From assembly GCA_016927375.1 (NCBI GenBank), contig JAFGMS010000139.1, positions 1-35,574 on the forward strand: a stretch of DNA of 35,574 bases, read 5' to 3'. The position numbers and the translations under genes were made by a program. Of the stretch, positions 8,683 through 16,533 are shown piece by piece; position 1 is the stretch's first letter, and every line of letters starts with the position of its first letter. The stretch is from Anaerolineae bacterium. GTDB lineage: Bacteria > Chloroflexota > Anaerolineae > Aggregatilineales > UBA3940. The notes beneath the pieces were generated by a model. That model did not search any database. It saw nothing but the letters and a program-made list of their open reading frames with translations, and was not told the origin of the DNA.

Positions 8683-9717
8683 ATGAAACGGTGGAGACGC
8701 TGGCTTCTGCTGGCGCTGGGGCTTGCAATCAGTGCGTTCTTTGTCTACAGGATAGTGCAAAGGCTTGATCTCCAAGGTGTTTGGCTGATTTTGCAAAGGG
8801 CTGACTATTGGTGGCTGCTCCCTGGTGTAGCCATCTACTTTGTTGGCCTATGGGCGCGAACCTGGCGCTGGCATTACCTTCTGCGGCCTATTCAAAAAGT
8901 ATCCCTACGCGATTTGTTCCCCGTTATGGTAATCGGATATATGGGCAACAATGTATACCCCTATCGAGCGGGTGAGGTTATACGCGCCTGGGTGCTCAAG
9001 CGCAATACCGGTATCAGCATCAGCGCCACACTAGCAACGGTCATCGTCGAGCGCATCTTCGATGGGTTGGTGATGCTCATTTTCGTCTTTGTCACCTTAC
9101 CCTTTGCACCCATCCCAGCCCCCTACGACCAGGTGGTGATCTGGATGACGGTGTTGTTTTTTGGTGGGCTGGCTGCCTTTATTGGTCTGGCACTGCGCCC
9201 AGAGCTGACACGTAGACTTTACACCTGGATATTTGCGAAGATTATCCCTGTCGAGCAGCTCCGAACACGCGCCTTGGGCCTGGCCGATCGCTTCATGGAT
9301 GGTCTATCCCCGCTGCGCAGCCCGGCAGACATGACGATGACACTGGTAACGTCCATTGTGGTTTGGCTGGCTGAGACAACCAAGTATTGGTTTGTGATGC
9401 ATGCCTTCGATTTCCAGGTCAGCTTCTTCGTGCTGATGCTGATGACCGCTGTCGTCAATCTGGCAACCACACTGCCCAGTGCGCCGGGCTATGTAGGCAC
9501 GTTCGATGAACCCGGTATCGCGATTTTGACTATCTTTGGCGTAGAGGAAAACCTGGCCGGGGCTTACACATTGGTGCTGCATGCTGCTCTATGGCTCGCC
9601 CCCACCCTTCTGGGGGCGTACTATATGATTCGCCAGGGTGTGAAATGGGGTGACTTCGCCAGGGCGAGACAGGCAGTACAGACGTCTGAACCGGAGATGG
9701 TTCAACCTGAGAATTAA
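8683..9717 (+). CDS. Lysylphosphatidylglycerol-synthase TM domain / flippase-like membrane protein
   Basis: RWHYLL, GYMGNNVYPYRAGEVIR, VERIFD and PSAPGYVG motifs of the LPG_synthase_TM (UPF0104) family. Confidence 0.9.
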   Translation: MKRWRRWLLLALGLAISAFFVYRIVQRLDLQGVWLILQRADYWWLLPGVAIYFVGLWARTWRWHYLLRPIQKVSLRDLFPVMVIGYMGNNVYPYRAGEVIRAWVLKRNTGISISATLATVIVERIFDGLVMLIFVFVTLPFAPIPAPYDQVVIWMTVLFFGGLAAFIGLALRPELTRRLYTWIFAKIIPVEQLRTRALGLADRFMDGLSPLRSPADMTMTLVTSIVVWLAETTKYWFVMHAFDFQVSFFVLMLMTAVVNLATTLPSAPGYVGTFDEPGIAILTIFGVEENLAGAYTLVLHAALWLAPTLLGAYYMIRQGVKWGDFARARQAVQTSEPEMVQPEN

Positions 9718-9765
9718 GCTGGGTACATAGAATATTTGGAGCATCTTTTGTCTCAAGGAAACTCA

Positions 9766-11199
9766 ATGCGAATTGCCATTATTGGGGCAGGGGCAGCCGG
9801 GCTGGCAGCCGCCTACGATCTGGCAAAGGCCGGGCACAGCGTCACTGTTTTTGAGAGCGGGCCGGAGGTTGGCGGTTTGGCGGCCGGTTTCAAGGATATA
9901 CGGTGGGACTGGACGCTAGAGAAGTTCTACCATCACTGGTTTGCCACCGACCACGATATCTTGCAGCTGCTTAGCGAGATCGGCTGCGCTGACAGGGTGC
10001 GCTTTTATTCACCCACCACGAGTTACTGGCACGAAAGTGGCAATTTCGCGCTCGATAAACCGGTTCTGCCCAGTGGCTTACTGTCTCGCATTGTCAACGT
10101 GCTACGTATTCCCAGCATGTCATTGATCGACCGGCTGCGGATGGGGCTGGTTAGTGGTGTGGTGGCATTCATCCCTAATGGCCTCTTTCTGGAAAAGTAC
10201 ACAGCTAATGACTGGGCATACCGCTGGATGGGCAGGGCTGCCCATGAGCGCTTCTGGAAGCCGATGCTGATCGGCAAGTTCGGCCCCCTCTACGATCAGG
10301 TCAATATGGCCTGGTTCTGGGCACGGATGAACAAACGCACGGCAAAGCTGGGGACCTATGTCGGCGGGTTTCAAGAAGCACTCAATGATATTGCAGCAGC
10401 GGCCTGGAAGCTGGGTGTGACCATCAACCTGAATGCCTACATCGGGCAGATTACTTCTGTTGAAGGAAGCGAGCTCAGGGTAGCCACTAAGAAGGTCGGC
10501 GGTTACTTTGACCAGGTGCTCAGCACCACAAGTCCGGCTGCAATGCTTAAGCTGACCCCCGATCTGCCCGATCCGTATGCCTCTAAGTTGCGTAACTTGC
10601 ACAGCATCGGCGCACAATGCCTGATCCTGGCACTCGACCGGCAGCTGATGACCGATGGTACCTACTGGCTCAATCTGCCCGCCGCCGGCCCGGATAAAGA
10701 TGAGAACACCTTCCCCTTCCTGGCGCTGGTGGAGCACACCAATTACTTATCGAAGGAATATTATGGAGGGGATCACCTGGTCTATCTGGGGGATTACCTG
10801 TCTCCTGAACATGCCTATTTTCGCATGAGCGAGGAGGAACTGGCTGCTCGCTACTTGCCTGCGCTCAAACGAGTCAATCCGGGTTTCTCTCCGGAGTGGA
10901 TACGCAAACGCTGGCTGTTCCGATCTCCATATGCGCAGCCGGTGCCGTTTGTCAATCATTCACAACATCTACCGGACATCCGTACTCCGATGGAGGGATT
11001 GTACTTCGCTTCTATGAGCCAGGTGTACCCGTGGGACAGGGGGACGAATTATGCTGTTGAGATGGGGCGTCGTGCAGCGCGTATGATGCTCGAAGATGCC
11101 GCAAAAACAGCCGAGCCGCATGAGGTAAAACAAAACCCGGGGCGGTCGATCTGTCGCCCCGGGAGAGCGGGTAAGGAGATTCGAACTCCTGACATTTAG
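9766..11199 (+). CDS. NAD(P)/FAD-dependent oxidoreductase (amine oxidase/protoporphyrinogen-oxidase-like)
   Basis: MRIAIIGAGAAGL Rossmann motif, VGGLA, EKFYHH, YPWDRGTNY; start set at ATG 9766 with AAGGA RBS. Confidence 0.9.
   Translation: MRIAIIGAGAAGLAAAYDLAKAGHSVTVFESGPEVGGLAAGFKDIRWDWTLEKFYHHWFATDHDILQLLSEIGCADRVRFYSPTTSYWHESGNFALDKPVLPSGLLSRIVNVLRIPSMSLIDRLRMGLVSGVVAFIPNGLFLEKYTANDWAYRWMGRAAHERFWKPMLIGKFGPLYDQVNMAWFWARMNKRTAKLGTYVGGFQEALNDIAAAAWKLGVTINLNAYIGQITSVEGSELRVATKKVGGYFDQVLSTTSPAAMLKLTPDLPDPYASKLRNLHSIGAQCLILALDRQLMTDGTYWLNLPAAGPDKDENTFPFLALVEHTNYLSKEYYGGDHLVYLGDYLSPEHAYFRMSEEELAARYLPALKRVNPGFSPEWIRKRWLFRSPYAQPVPFVNHSQHLPDIRTPMEGLYFASMSQVYPWDRGTNYAVEMGRRAARMMLEDAAKTAEPHEVKQNPGRSICRPGRAGKEIRTPDI
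11127..11163 (-). terminator. Intrinsic terminator downstream of tRNA-Gly
   Basis: CCCGGGGCG/CGCCCCGGG stem (11136-11163) followed on the minus strand by TTTTGTTTT. Confidence 0.8.
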
Positions 11200-11237
11200 C
11201 TTGGGAAGCTAACGTTCTACCACTGAACTATACCCGC
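11166..11237 (-). tRNA. tRNA-Gly (CCC)
   Basis: GCGGGTA acceptor stem, AGTGGTA D-loop, TTAGC-TTCCCAA-GCTAA anticodon arm, GTTCGAATC T-loop, U discriminator; CCA not encoded. Confidence 0.96.
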
Positions 11238-11247
11238 ATCGCCCCTC

Positions 11248-11277
11248 ATTATACACCGCAGATCGGTGAGATTGCAA
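11248..11277 (-). promoter_or_regulatory. Sigma70-type promoter of tRNA-Gly
   Basis: TTGCAA-18 bp-TATAAT ending 10 bp before the tRNA. Confidence 0.75.
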
Positions 11278-11299
11278 CGACAATTCGTGAGCGCTCACT

Positions 11300-11797
11300 C
11301 TACACGAGCACCATCAACGTCTGATATTGCTCGACACTGCTGCCCACCTCGACGCTAATGCGCTCTATCCGCCCATCACGCGGGGCTTTGAGCTCATTCT
11401 CCATCTTCATCGACTCGAGGATGATGAGATTATCACCCTTGGCTACCTCCTGACCGATCTCGACCGGGATATTGATCACCAGGCCCGGTATAGGCGCCTT
11501 GATCGGAAGCTCACCACTGTCCGGCACAGACATGTGGGCACGTGCCCGCATTAGCTGTGCACGCTCATCATTAACCTGAACTTCGTAGAGATCGCCCCGG
11601 AAGACCACCTGCCAGAGGTCTTCGTGCTTTTCAACCAACCCCTCGAATGACTCATTATTGACCAGCAGTAAATACAAACCCGAATCGCCAATGCGAGAAA
11701 ACTCAACCAGGGTATCTTGCCCATCAACGGCGATTTTGCCGTCCTGGTTGACCTCAATCATGTATGTCTGGTCATTTACCGTAACTTCATATCTCAT
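11300..11797 (-). CDS. Biotin carboxyl carrier protein of acyl-CoA carboxylase
   Basis: KAPIPG and ILESMKMENE biotinylation motif; start set at MRYEVTVN because the longer ORF runs into a heptamer array. Confidence 0.92.
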   Translation of the reverse strand: MRYEVTVNDQTYMIEVNQDGKIAVDGQDTLVEFSRIGDSGLYLLLVNNESFEGLVEKHEDLWQVVFRGDLYEVQVNDERAQLMRARAHMSVPDSGELPIKAPIPGLVINIPVEIGQEVAKGDNLIILESMKMENELKAPRDGRIERISVEVGSSVEQYQTLMVLV

Positions 11798-11810
11798 AAA
11801 TACATTCCCG

Positions 11811-11889
11811 GCTTGTGGCGTATGGCTAATAGCGTATGGCATACAGCATAAGCTAAGAGCCGTAAACTAAGAACCAACAACTACGAGCT
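11811..11889. repeat. Degenerate 7-bp tandem array (about 11 units)
   Basis: GCTTGTG GCGTATG GCTAATA GCGTATG GCATACA GCATAA GCTAAGA GCCGTAA ACTAAGA ACCAACA ACTACGA. Confidence 0.8.
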
Positions 11890-11893
11890 GTCC

Positions 11894-13411
11894 TTACTGG
11901 CGCCCCATGCGCTCCCAGCGCCCAACCCACTTCCAGTTGCTTATGTCGCGTTGATTGCGCCCTACGACCTGTGAGGCCTTGCGATGCGCTTCATGCGCGA
12001 CCAGTGTCGCAAAGATGGCCGCGATCTCCGGCCTATTGTCATTGTCTTCGCTCATTGAGAAGCGCTCTTCGACAAATGCGGTATCGTATTGCCCCGCAAT
12101 GAAGCGAGCACTATCGAGGAGATGCTGGTGAAATGGAATGTTAGTCTTGAGCCCTAGAATACGATACTCAGCCAGGGCCCGGCGCATCCGCAGCAGGGCC
12201 TCGCCGCGAGTCTCTCCCCAACAGACCAGCTTGGCGATCATGGGATCGTAGTAAGGTGTGATCAAATCTCCGGTTGTCACACCGGCATCCACGCGTACGC
12301 CCGGCCCGGTAGGCAGGGTTTGTGCTCTGATCGTCCCTGTTGCAGGCAAGAAGTTGTTGTAAGGGTCTTCTGCATTGATCCGGCACTCAATAGCATGGCC
12401 GTTGAACTGAATTTCATCTTGCGTCCGGCTCAGCTTACGACCACGCGCAACACGGATTTGCTCCTTGACGATATCGACATTGGTGACCAGCTCAGTCACC
12501 GGGTGCTCAACCTGGAGGCGCGTGTTCATTTCCAGGAAATAGAAATTGTGATCCTTGTCGACCAGGAACTCGATGGTACCTGCGTTGACGTAATTGACCG
12601 CGCGGGCGGCGGCTACAGCTACCGCGCCCATCCTCTCGCGCAAATCGTGGTCAATATATACCGAGGGAGACTCTTCCAGCAGCTTCTGATGACGGCGCTG
12701 GATCGAGCATTCACGATCGCCAAGATGGACGACGTTGCCATGGGCATCAGCCATGATTTGAATCTCGACGTGGCGGGCGCCTTCAATGAGCTTCTCCAGA
12801 TACACAGCTCCGTCGCCAAAAGCGGCCTCTGCCTCGCGGCGGGCACTCTGCAAGGCGCCCTCGAAGTCCTCCGGGCGATCCACCCGCCGCATTCCCTTGC
12901 CTCCTCCGCCGGCCGTGGCCTTAATCAGGAGGGGGAAACCGACAAACGCCGCCGCTGCTCCCAGCTCTTCGTCGCGCAGGTCCAGCTCAGTGCCGGGGAC
13001 GATGGGCACACCAGCCGCCTCGACCGTTTTGCGTGCAACAACTTTATCACCCATTGCCCCAATTGCCGAAGCAGGTGGCCCGATGAAAGCGATGTCCTCA
13101 TCATCACAAGCCTGGGCAAACTCAGGGCGCTCGGCCAGGAAGCCATAACCGGGATGAATGGCATCGGCGCCGCATTTCTTGGCGGTCTCGATGATCTTGC
13201 CGATGCGCAGGTAGCTGTCACGCGCGGGCGGTGGGCCGATGTGATAGGCCTCGATGGCATAGCGAACATGCATGGCATTCCGGTCTACATCGGAGTAAAT
13301 CGCCACGTTGGAGAGTCCTAGCTCACGGCAGGCGCGGATGATGCGAACGGCAATCTCGCCCCGGTTGGCAATCAGCACTTTCTTGAAAAGGGTTGGTGGT
13401 GAGCCAGCCAT
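11894..13411 (-). CDS. accC: Biotin carboxylase subunit (acetyl/propionyl-CoA carboxylase)
   Basis: KVLIANRGEIA, HPGYGFL, GGGGKGM, ECSIQRRHQK, EMNTRLQVEHPVTE. Confidence 0.96.
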   Translation of the reverse strand: MAGSPPTLFKKVLIANRGEIAVRIIRACRELGLSNVAIYSDVDRNAMHVRYAIEAYHIGPPPARDSYLRIGKIIETAKKCGADAIHPGYGFLAERPEFAQACDDEDIAFIGPPASAIGAMGDKVVARKTVEAAGVPIVPGTELDLRDEELGAAAAFVGFPLLIKATAGGGGKGMRRVDRPEDFEGALQSARREAEAAFGDGAVYLEKLIEGARHVEIQIMADAHGNVVHLGDRECSIQRRHQKLLEESPSVYIDHDLRERMGAVAVAAARAVNYVNAGTIEFLVDKDHNFYFLEMNTRLQVEHPVTELVTNVDIVKEQIRVARGRKLSRTQDEIQFNGHAIECRINAEDPYNNFLPATGTIRAQTLPTGPGVRVDAGVTTGDLITPYYDPMIAKLVCWGETRGEALLRMRRALAEYRILGLKTNIPFHQHLLDSARFIAGQYDTAFVEERFSMSEDNDNRPEIAAIFATLVAHEAHRKASQVVGRNQRDISNWKWVGRWERMGRQ

Positions 13412-13421
13412 AAGTCACCTC

Positions 13422-13478
13422 GGTAAGCTGTCAGCTCTTAGCTTTTAGCTGTTAGTCTTTAAGCTGTGAACGGTAAAC
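13422..13478. repeat. Degenerate 7-bp tandem array (8 units)
   Basis: GGTAAGC TGTCAGC TCTTAGC TTTTAGC TGTTAGT CTTTAAGC TGTGAAC GGTAAAC. Confidence 0.8.
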
Positions 13479-13487
13479 TCACCGTTT

Positions 13488-15176
13488 TCACAGCGGAATA
13501 TTGCCATGTTTCTTCGGCGGGTTGGTGTCGCGCTTGTTGCGCAGCACCTCTAACGCATTGATCAGGCGTGGGCGCGTCTCGCGCGGCTCAATGACATCAT
13601 CGATGTAGCCGCGACCTGCCGCCACGTATGGGTTGGCAAAACGCTCACGGTAATCGGCAACCAACTCGGCCCGGCGAGCATTCGGATCATCGGCCTCGGC
13701 CAGTTCCTTACGGAAGATGATGTTGACCGCGGCGTCCGGCCCCATCACGGCGATCTCGGCTGTTGGCCAGGCCAGGTTCAGGTCGCCCCGGACATGTTTG
13801 CTGTTCATAACACAGTAGGCCCCGCCATACGCCTTACGAGTGATGACCGTAATCTTGGGCACGGTTGCCTCACAGTAAGCATAGATCAGCTTGGCCCCGT
13901 GCCGGATGATCCCTCCATGCTCCTGGTCGACGCCGGGCAGGAAGCCGGGCACATCTTCGAATGTGACAATGGGGATATTGAAACAATCGCAGAAGCGAAT
14001 AAAACGTGCCCCCTTGATTGCTGCGCTGATATCAAGCACGCCTGCCAGCTCGACGGGTTGGTTGGCAACGATCCCCACGCTGTGCCCGCCAAGCCGCGCA
14101 AAACCGACTACGATATTCCTGGCATGGTGCTCCTGGATTTCATAGAACTGCCCGCTGTCTACGATCATCCGGATCACATCTTTGGCATCGTAGGGTTTGT
14201 TGGGGTTCTCCGGGATGATGGTATTCAGCCGGTCATCCATGCGCAGCGGATCGTCGCTGGTTGCCTCAAAGGGCGGGTCCTCCAGGTTATTCTGCGGCAG
14301 GTAGGTCAGCAGCTCGCGGATCAGAGCCAGGCAGTCTGCCTCGCTCTCGGCGGCCATGTGGCTCACACCGGAGACAGCATTGTGGGTCATCGCACCACCC
14401 AGGTCTTCGAAGGTTACTTCTTCATGCATGACGGCCTTGATCACATCCGGCCCGGTGACAAACATGTTGCTGGTGTTCTTGACCATAAAGATGAAATCGG
14501 TCAGCGCGGGGGAATAGACCGCGCCGCCTGCACACGGCCCCATGATGGCCGAAATCTGGGGAACCACCCCTGATGCTAATGTGTTACGGAGGAAAATCTC
14601 AGCATACCCGCCCAGCGATTTTACGCCTTCCTGGATGCGGGCCCCCCCCGAATCGTTGATGCCGATTACCGGGGCGCCGGTCTTCATTGCCATATCCAGG
14701 ATTTTGCAGATCTTCTCGGCGTGGACTTCGGAGAGGCTGCCCCCAAGAACGGTGAAATCCTGTGAGTAGACGTAGACCAAACGCCCATTGATGGTGCCCC
14801 AGCCGGTGATGACGCCATCGCCCAGAAACTGCTTATCAGGTTTGTCCATGCCAAAGTTGCGCTCGCGATGGAGAACAAAGGCATCTTGTTCCCGGAAGCT
14901 GCCGGTGTCGAGCAGCAGCTCAAGCCGCTCACGGGCTGTCATCTTGCCCTGCTTATGCTGCTTGGCGATGCGCTCTTCGCCGCCTCCCTGCCTGGCCTGA
15001 TATCTGAGGTCGTTGAGATGCTCAAGCCTGGGGTCTGCTTCTCGCCGGGCCGCTTGATGGGAAGACGAACGCTTGCTTCCGTCTGGGGCCGGCTGCTGCG
15101 GTTCCGGCATCTCACGAAGTGCGACGTTGGACTGTTCAACATCGTTTTTCTTTGGCTTTCGATTATTCTTCGGCAT
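13488..15176 (-). CDS. pccB: Acyl-CoA carboxylase carboxyltransferase (PccB/MmdA-like)
   Basis: [39 protein letters not shown]-terminal KKHGNIPL. Confidence 0.93.
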   Translation of the reverse strand: MPKNNRKPKKNDVEQSNVALREMPEPQQPAPDGSKRSSSHQAARREADPRLEHLNDLRYQARQGGGEERIAKQHKQGKMTARERLELLLDTGSFREQDAFVLHRERNFGMDKPDKQFLGDGVITGWGTINGRLVYVYSQDFTVLGGSLSEVHAEKICKILDMAMKTGAPVIGINDSGGARIQEGVKSLGGYAEIFLRNTLASGVVPQISAIMGPCAGGAVYSPALTDFIFMVKNTSNMFVTGPDVIKAVMHEEVTFEDLGGAMTHNAVSGVSHMAAESEADCLALIRELLTYLPQNNLEDPPFEATSDDPLRMDDRLNTIIPENPNKPYDAKDVIRMIVDSGQFYEIQEHHARNIVVGFARLGGHSVGIVANQPVELAGVLDISAAIKGARFIRFCDCFNIPIVTFEDVPGFLPGVDQEHGGIIRHGAKLIYAYCEATVPKITVITRKAYGGAYCVMNSKHVRGDLNLAWPTAEIAVMGPDAAVNIIFRKELAEADDPNARRAELVADYRERFANPYVAAGRGYIDDVIEPRETRPRLINALEVLRNKRDTNPPKKHGNIPL

Positions 15177-15236
15177 AGACCTTCGACTTTCTGTAAGCTT
15201 CCGGCATCAGCCCGCAGCCAACAACCGGAGGAGCCA

Positions 15237-15698
15237 TCACTCAGTGCCCATTACATTGCTGCTTGCTTCAAATGCCTGTTGCACGCGTGGACGCGTCAAA
15301 CCGAATATCACCAGGGCGCTTAACAGCACTGCTGCGCCGATGACGAAAGGGAGCCGGGCACGTTCGTATTCGCCCTGTGCAAACAGGCCTTGCTGCCCAA
15401 TGAACATGATCTGGTACATGATGAAACATACAATGGCTGCCCGGCGCGACCAGGATAATAATCGCCATAACCCCCAGGCGACTCCCAGCCAGATGATACC
15501 CCATATGCCGCCGGATGTCAGGAGCAGCCAGAACGGCAGAGCCAGGTTCAGCTCGGTAAAGATGTGCCGGCGCGCCAGGCCAACAGCGAGGCCGGTAAAG
15601 CCGGCAACCGATAAGATAAACACCGCGACTGCCAGCAAGGTTACGAAAAGAGGGCGTTTGGGCTTAGCATTCATCAGACCAGGATATCCATTCGTCAT
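15237..15698 (-). CDS. Hypothetical 4-TM membrane protein
   Basis: 153-aa ORF, KRP followed by four hydrophobic helices, co-oriented with the carboxylase genes. Confidence 0.75.
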   Translation of the reverse strand: MTNGYPGLMNAKPKRPLFVTLLAVAVFILSVAGFTGLAVGLARRHIFTELNLALPFWLLLTSGGIWGIIWLGVAWGLWRLLSWSRRAAIVCFIMYQIMFIGQQGLFAQGEYERARLPFVIGAAVLLSALVIFGLTRPRVQQAFEASSNVMGTE

Positions 15699-15787
15699 AA
15701 GAGACGCTTCGGTTGAGCCAGCTTAACACGGGGATGCTCTCAATTACTCGCAGGTTTCCTTCTTTAGCCATGGATTGATAGCCCTGT

Positions 15788-15838
15788 CTGGACACAGAAC
15801 GTCCACCTGGGCATTCCTACGCAGAGCGTAGGAACGAG
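15788..15838. repeat. REP-like palindrome
   Basis: GCATTCCTACGCAGAGCGTAGGAACGAG hairpin preceded by TGGAC-ACAGAAC-GTCCA; resembles from recall the GCATTCCCACGCAGAGCGTGGGAACGAG REP class. Confidence 0.65.
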
Positions 15839-15842
15839 GAAA

Positions 15843-16115
15843 GACATCGCGATGTTCTTTTAAGACGCCGCGATGTTTCTTTAGGACATCACCATGTTCC
15901 TCTATAACATCACGATGTTTCTTCATAACATGGCAATGTTTCTTCATAACATGGCAATGTTTCTTCATAACATGGCAATGTTTCTTCATAACATGGCAAT
16001 GTTTCTTTAAGACATCACCATGTTCCTCTATAACATGGCAATGTTTCTCCATAACATCGTGATGTTTCTTTGAGACACCGCCATGTTCCTTCAGGAGGCC
16101 ACGATGTTTCTCTGG
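15843..16115. repeat. 13 x 21-bp tandem array with palindromic core RACAT-N4-ATGTT
   Basis: Units start every 21 bp from 15843 to 16095; central units AACATGGCAATGTTTCTTCAT; edge units degenerate. Confidence 0.95.
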
Positions 16116-16225
16116 GGCGCCGGTTCAGTCGAGGATTGTGACCGGTCTCCTGATGCCATCACCGCCCTCGTTCCTTGACCCAACATGCCTTTTTATCCCA
16201 ACCAGCCGCTCAGTGCGCCTATCAG

Positions 16226-16425
16226 CCCCGCCCGGCAATAGAATTGGCCGGGCTATAGTTGTGATGTCCACTGAAAGTGGACTTTTTGGCAGGTGGTAGG
16301 GTTTCCTGTCCACATAAGGAGAAGGCCTGGGCCTCTGTAAGGAAGTTCGCCCCCTTACACAGGAGGTCGAGTCCACTTCAGTGGACATTACATTTGTAGC
16401 TGGGGAATTCTATTCCTCAGCGGGG
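16226..16425. repeat. REPIN-like inverted pair of ~57-bp hairpin units
   Basis: 16226-16283 and 16370-16425 are inverted copies sharing AGTCCACT(T)TCAGTGGACAT and an AATTCTATT-centred hairpin, 86 bp apart. Confidence 0.75.
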
Positions 16426-16451
16426 GCGCATAGCCCGGCCAAGCCGCTCTT

Positions 16452-16533
16452 GCATAGTCACGCACCTTTATCGTCAGGCGACACGGAAGCATTATCATGC
16501 ACCGCAATGGCGTTGTCATGCGTCGCGATAGCT
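16452..16533. repeat. Short degenerate 21-bp-period array with GCAT-N4-ATGC core
   Basis: Cores at 16468, 16489 (GCATTATCATGC) and 16510 (GCGTTGTCATGC) are 21 bp apart; an extra core GCATAGTCACGC at 16452. Confidence 0.6.

Noticed and set aside
11166-11237. tRNA-Gly as an integration site for an island
   Set aside because: No integrase and no duplicated tRNA 3' end found in the window; the native terminator is directly adjacent.
12320-14573. Long antisense ORFs over accC and pccB (and similar ones over the kinases, fhs, rho, der, ffh)
   Set aside because: Shadow frames of GC-rich, well-recognised genes with no motifs of their own.
15744-16052. 102-aa ORF with KKHCHVM heptads (looks like a His/Cys metal-binding repeat protein)
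   Set aside because: It is the translation of the 21-bp DNA array plus a REP hairpin; conservation follows the DNA palindrome, the start lies inside the array, and there is no unique domain. Not fully excluded without Ribo-seq.
15843-16115. CRISPR array interpretation
   Set aside because: A 21-bp period leaves no room for repeat plus spacer, several units are identical, and no cas genes are in the window.
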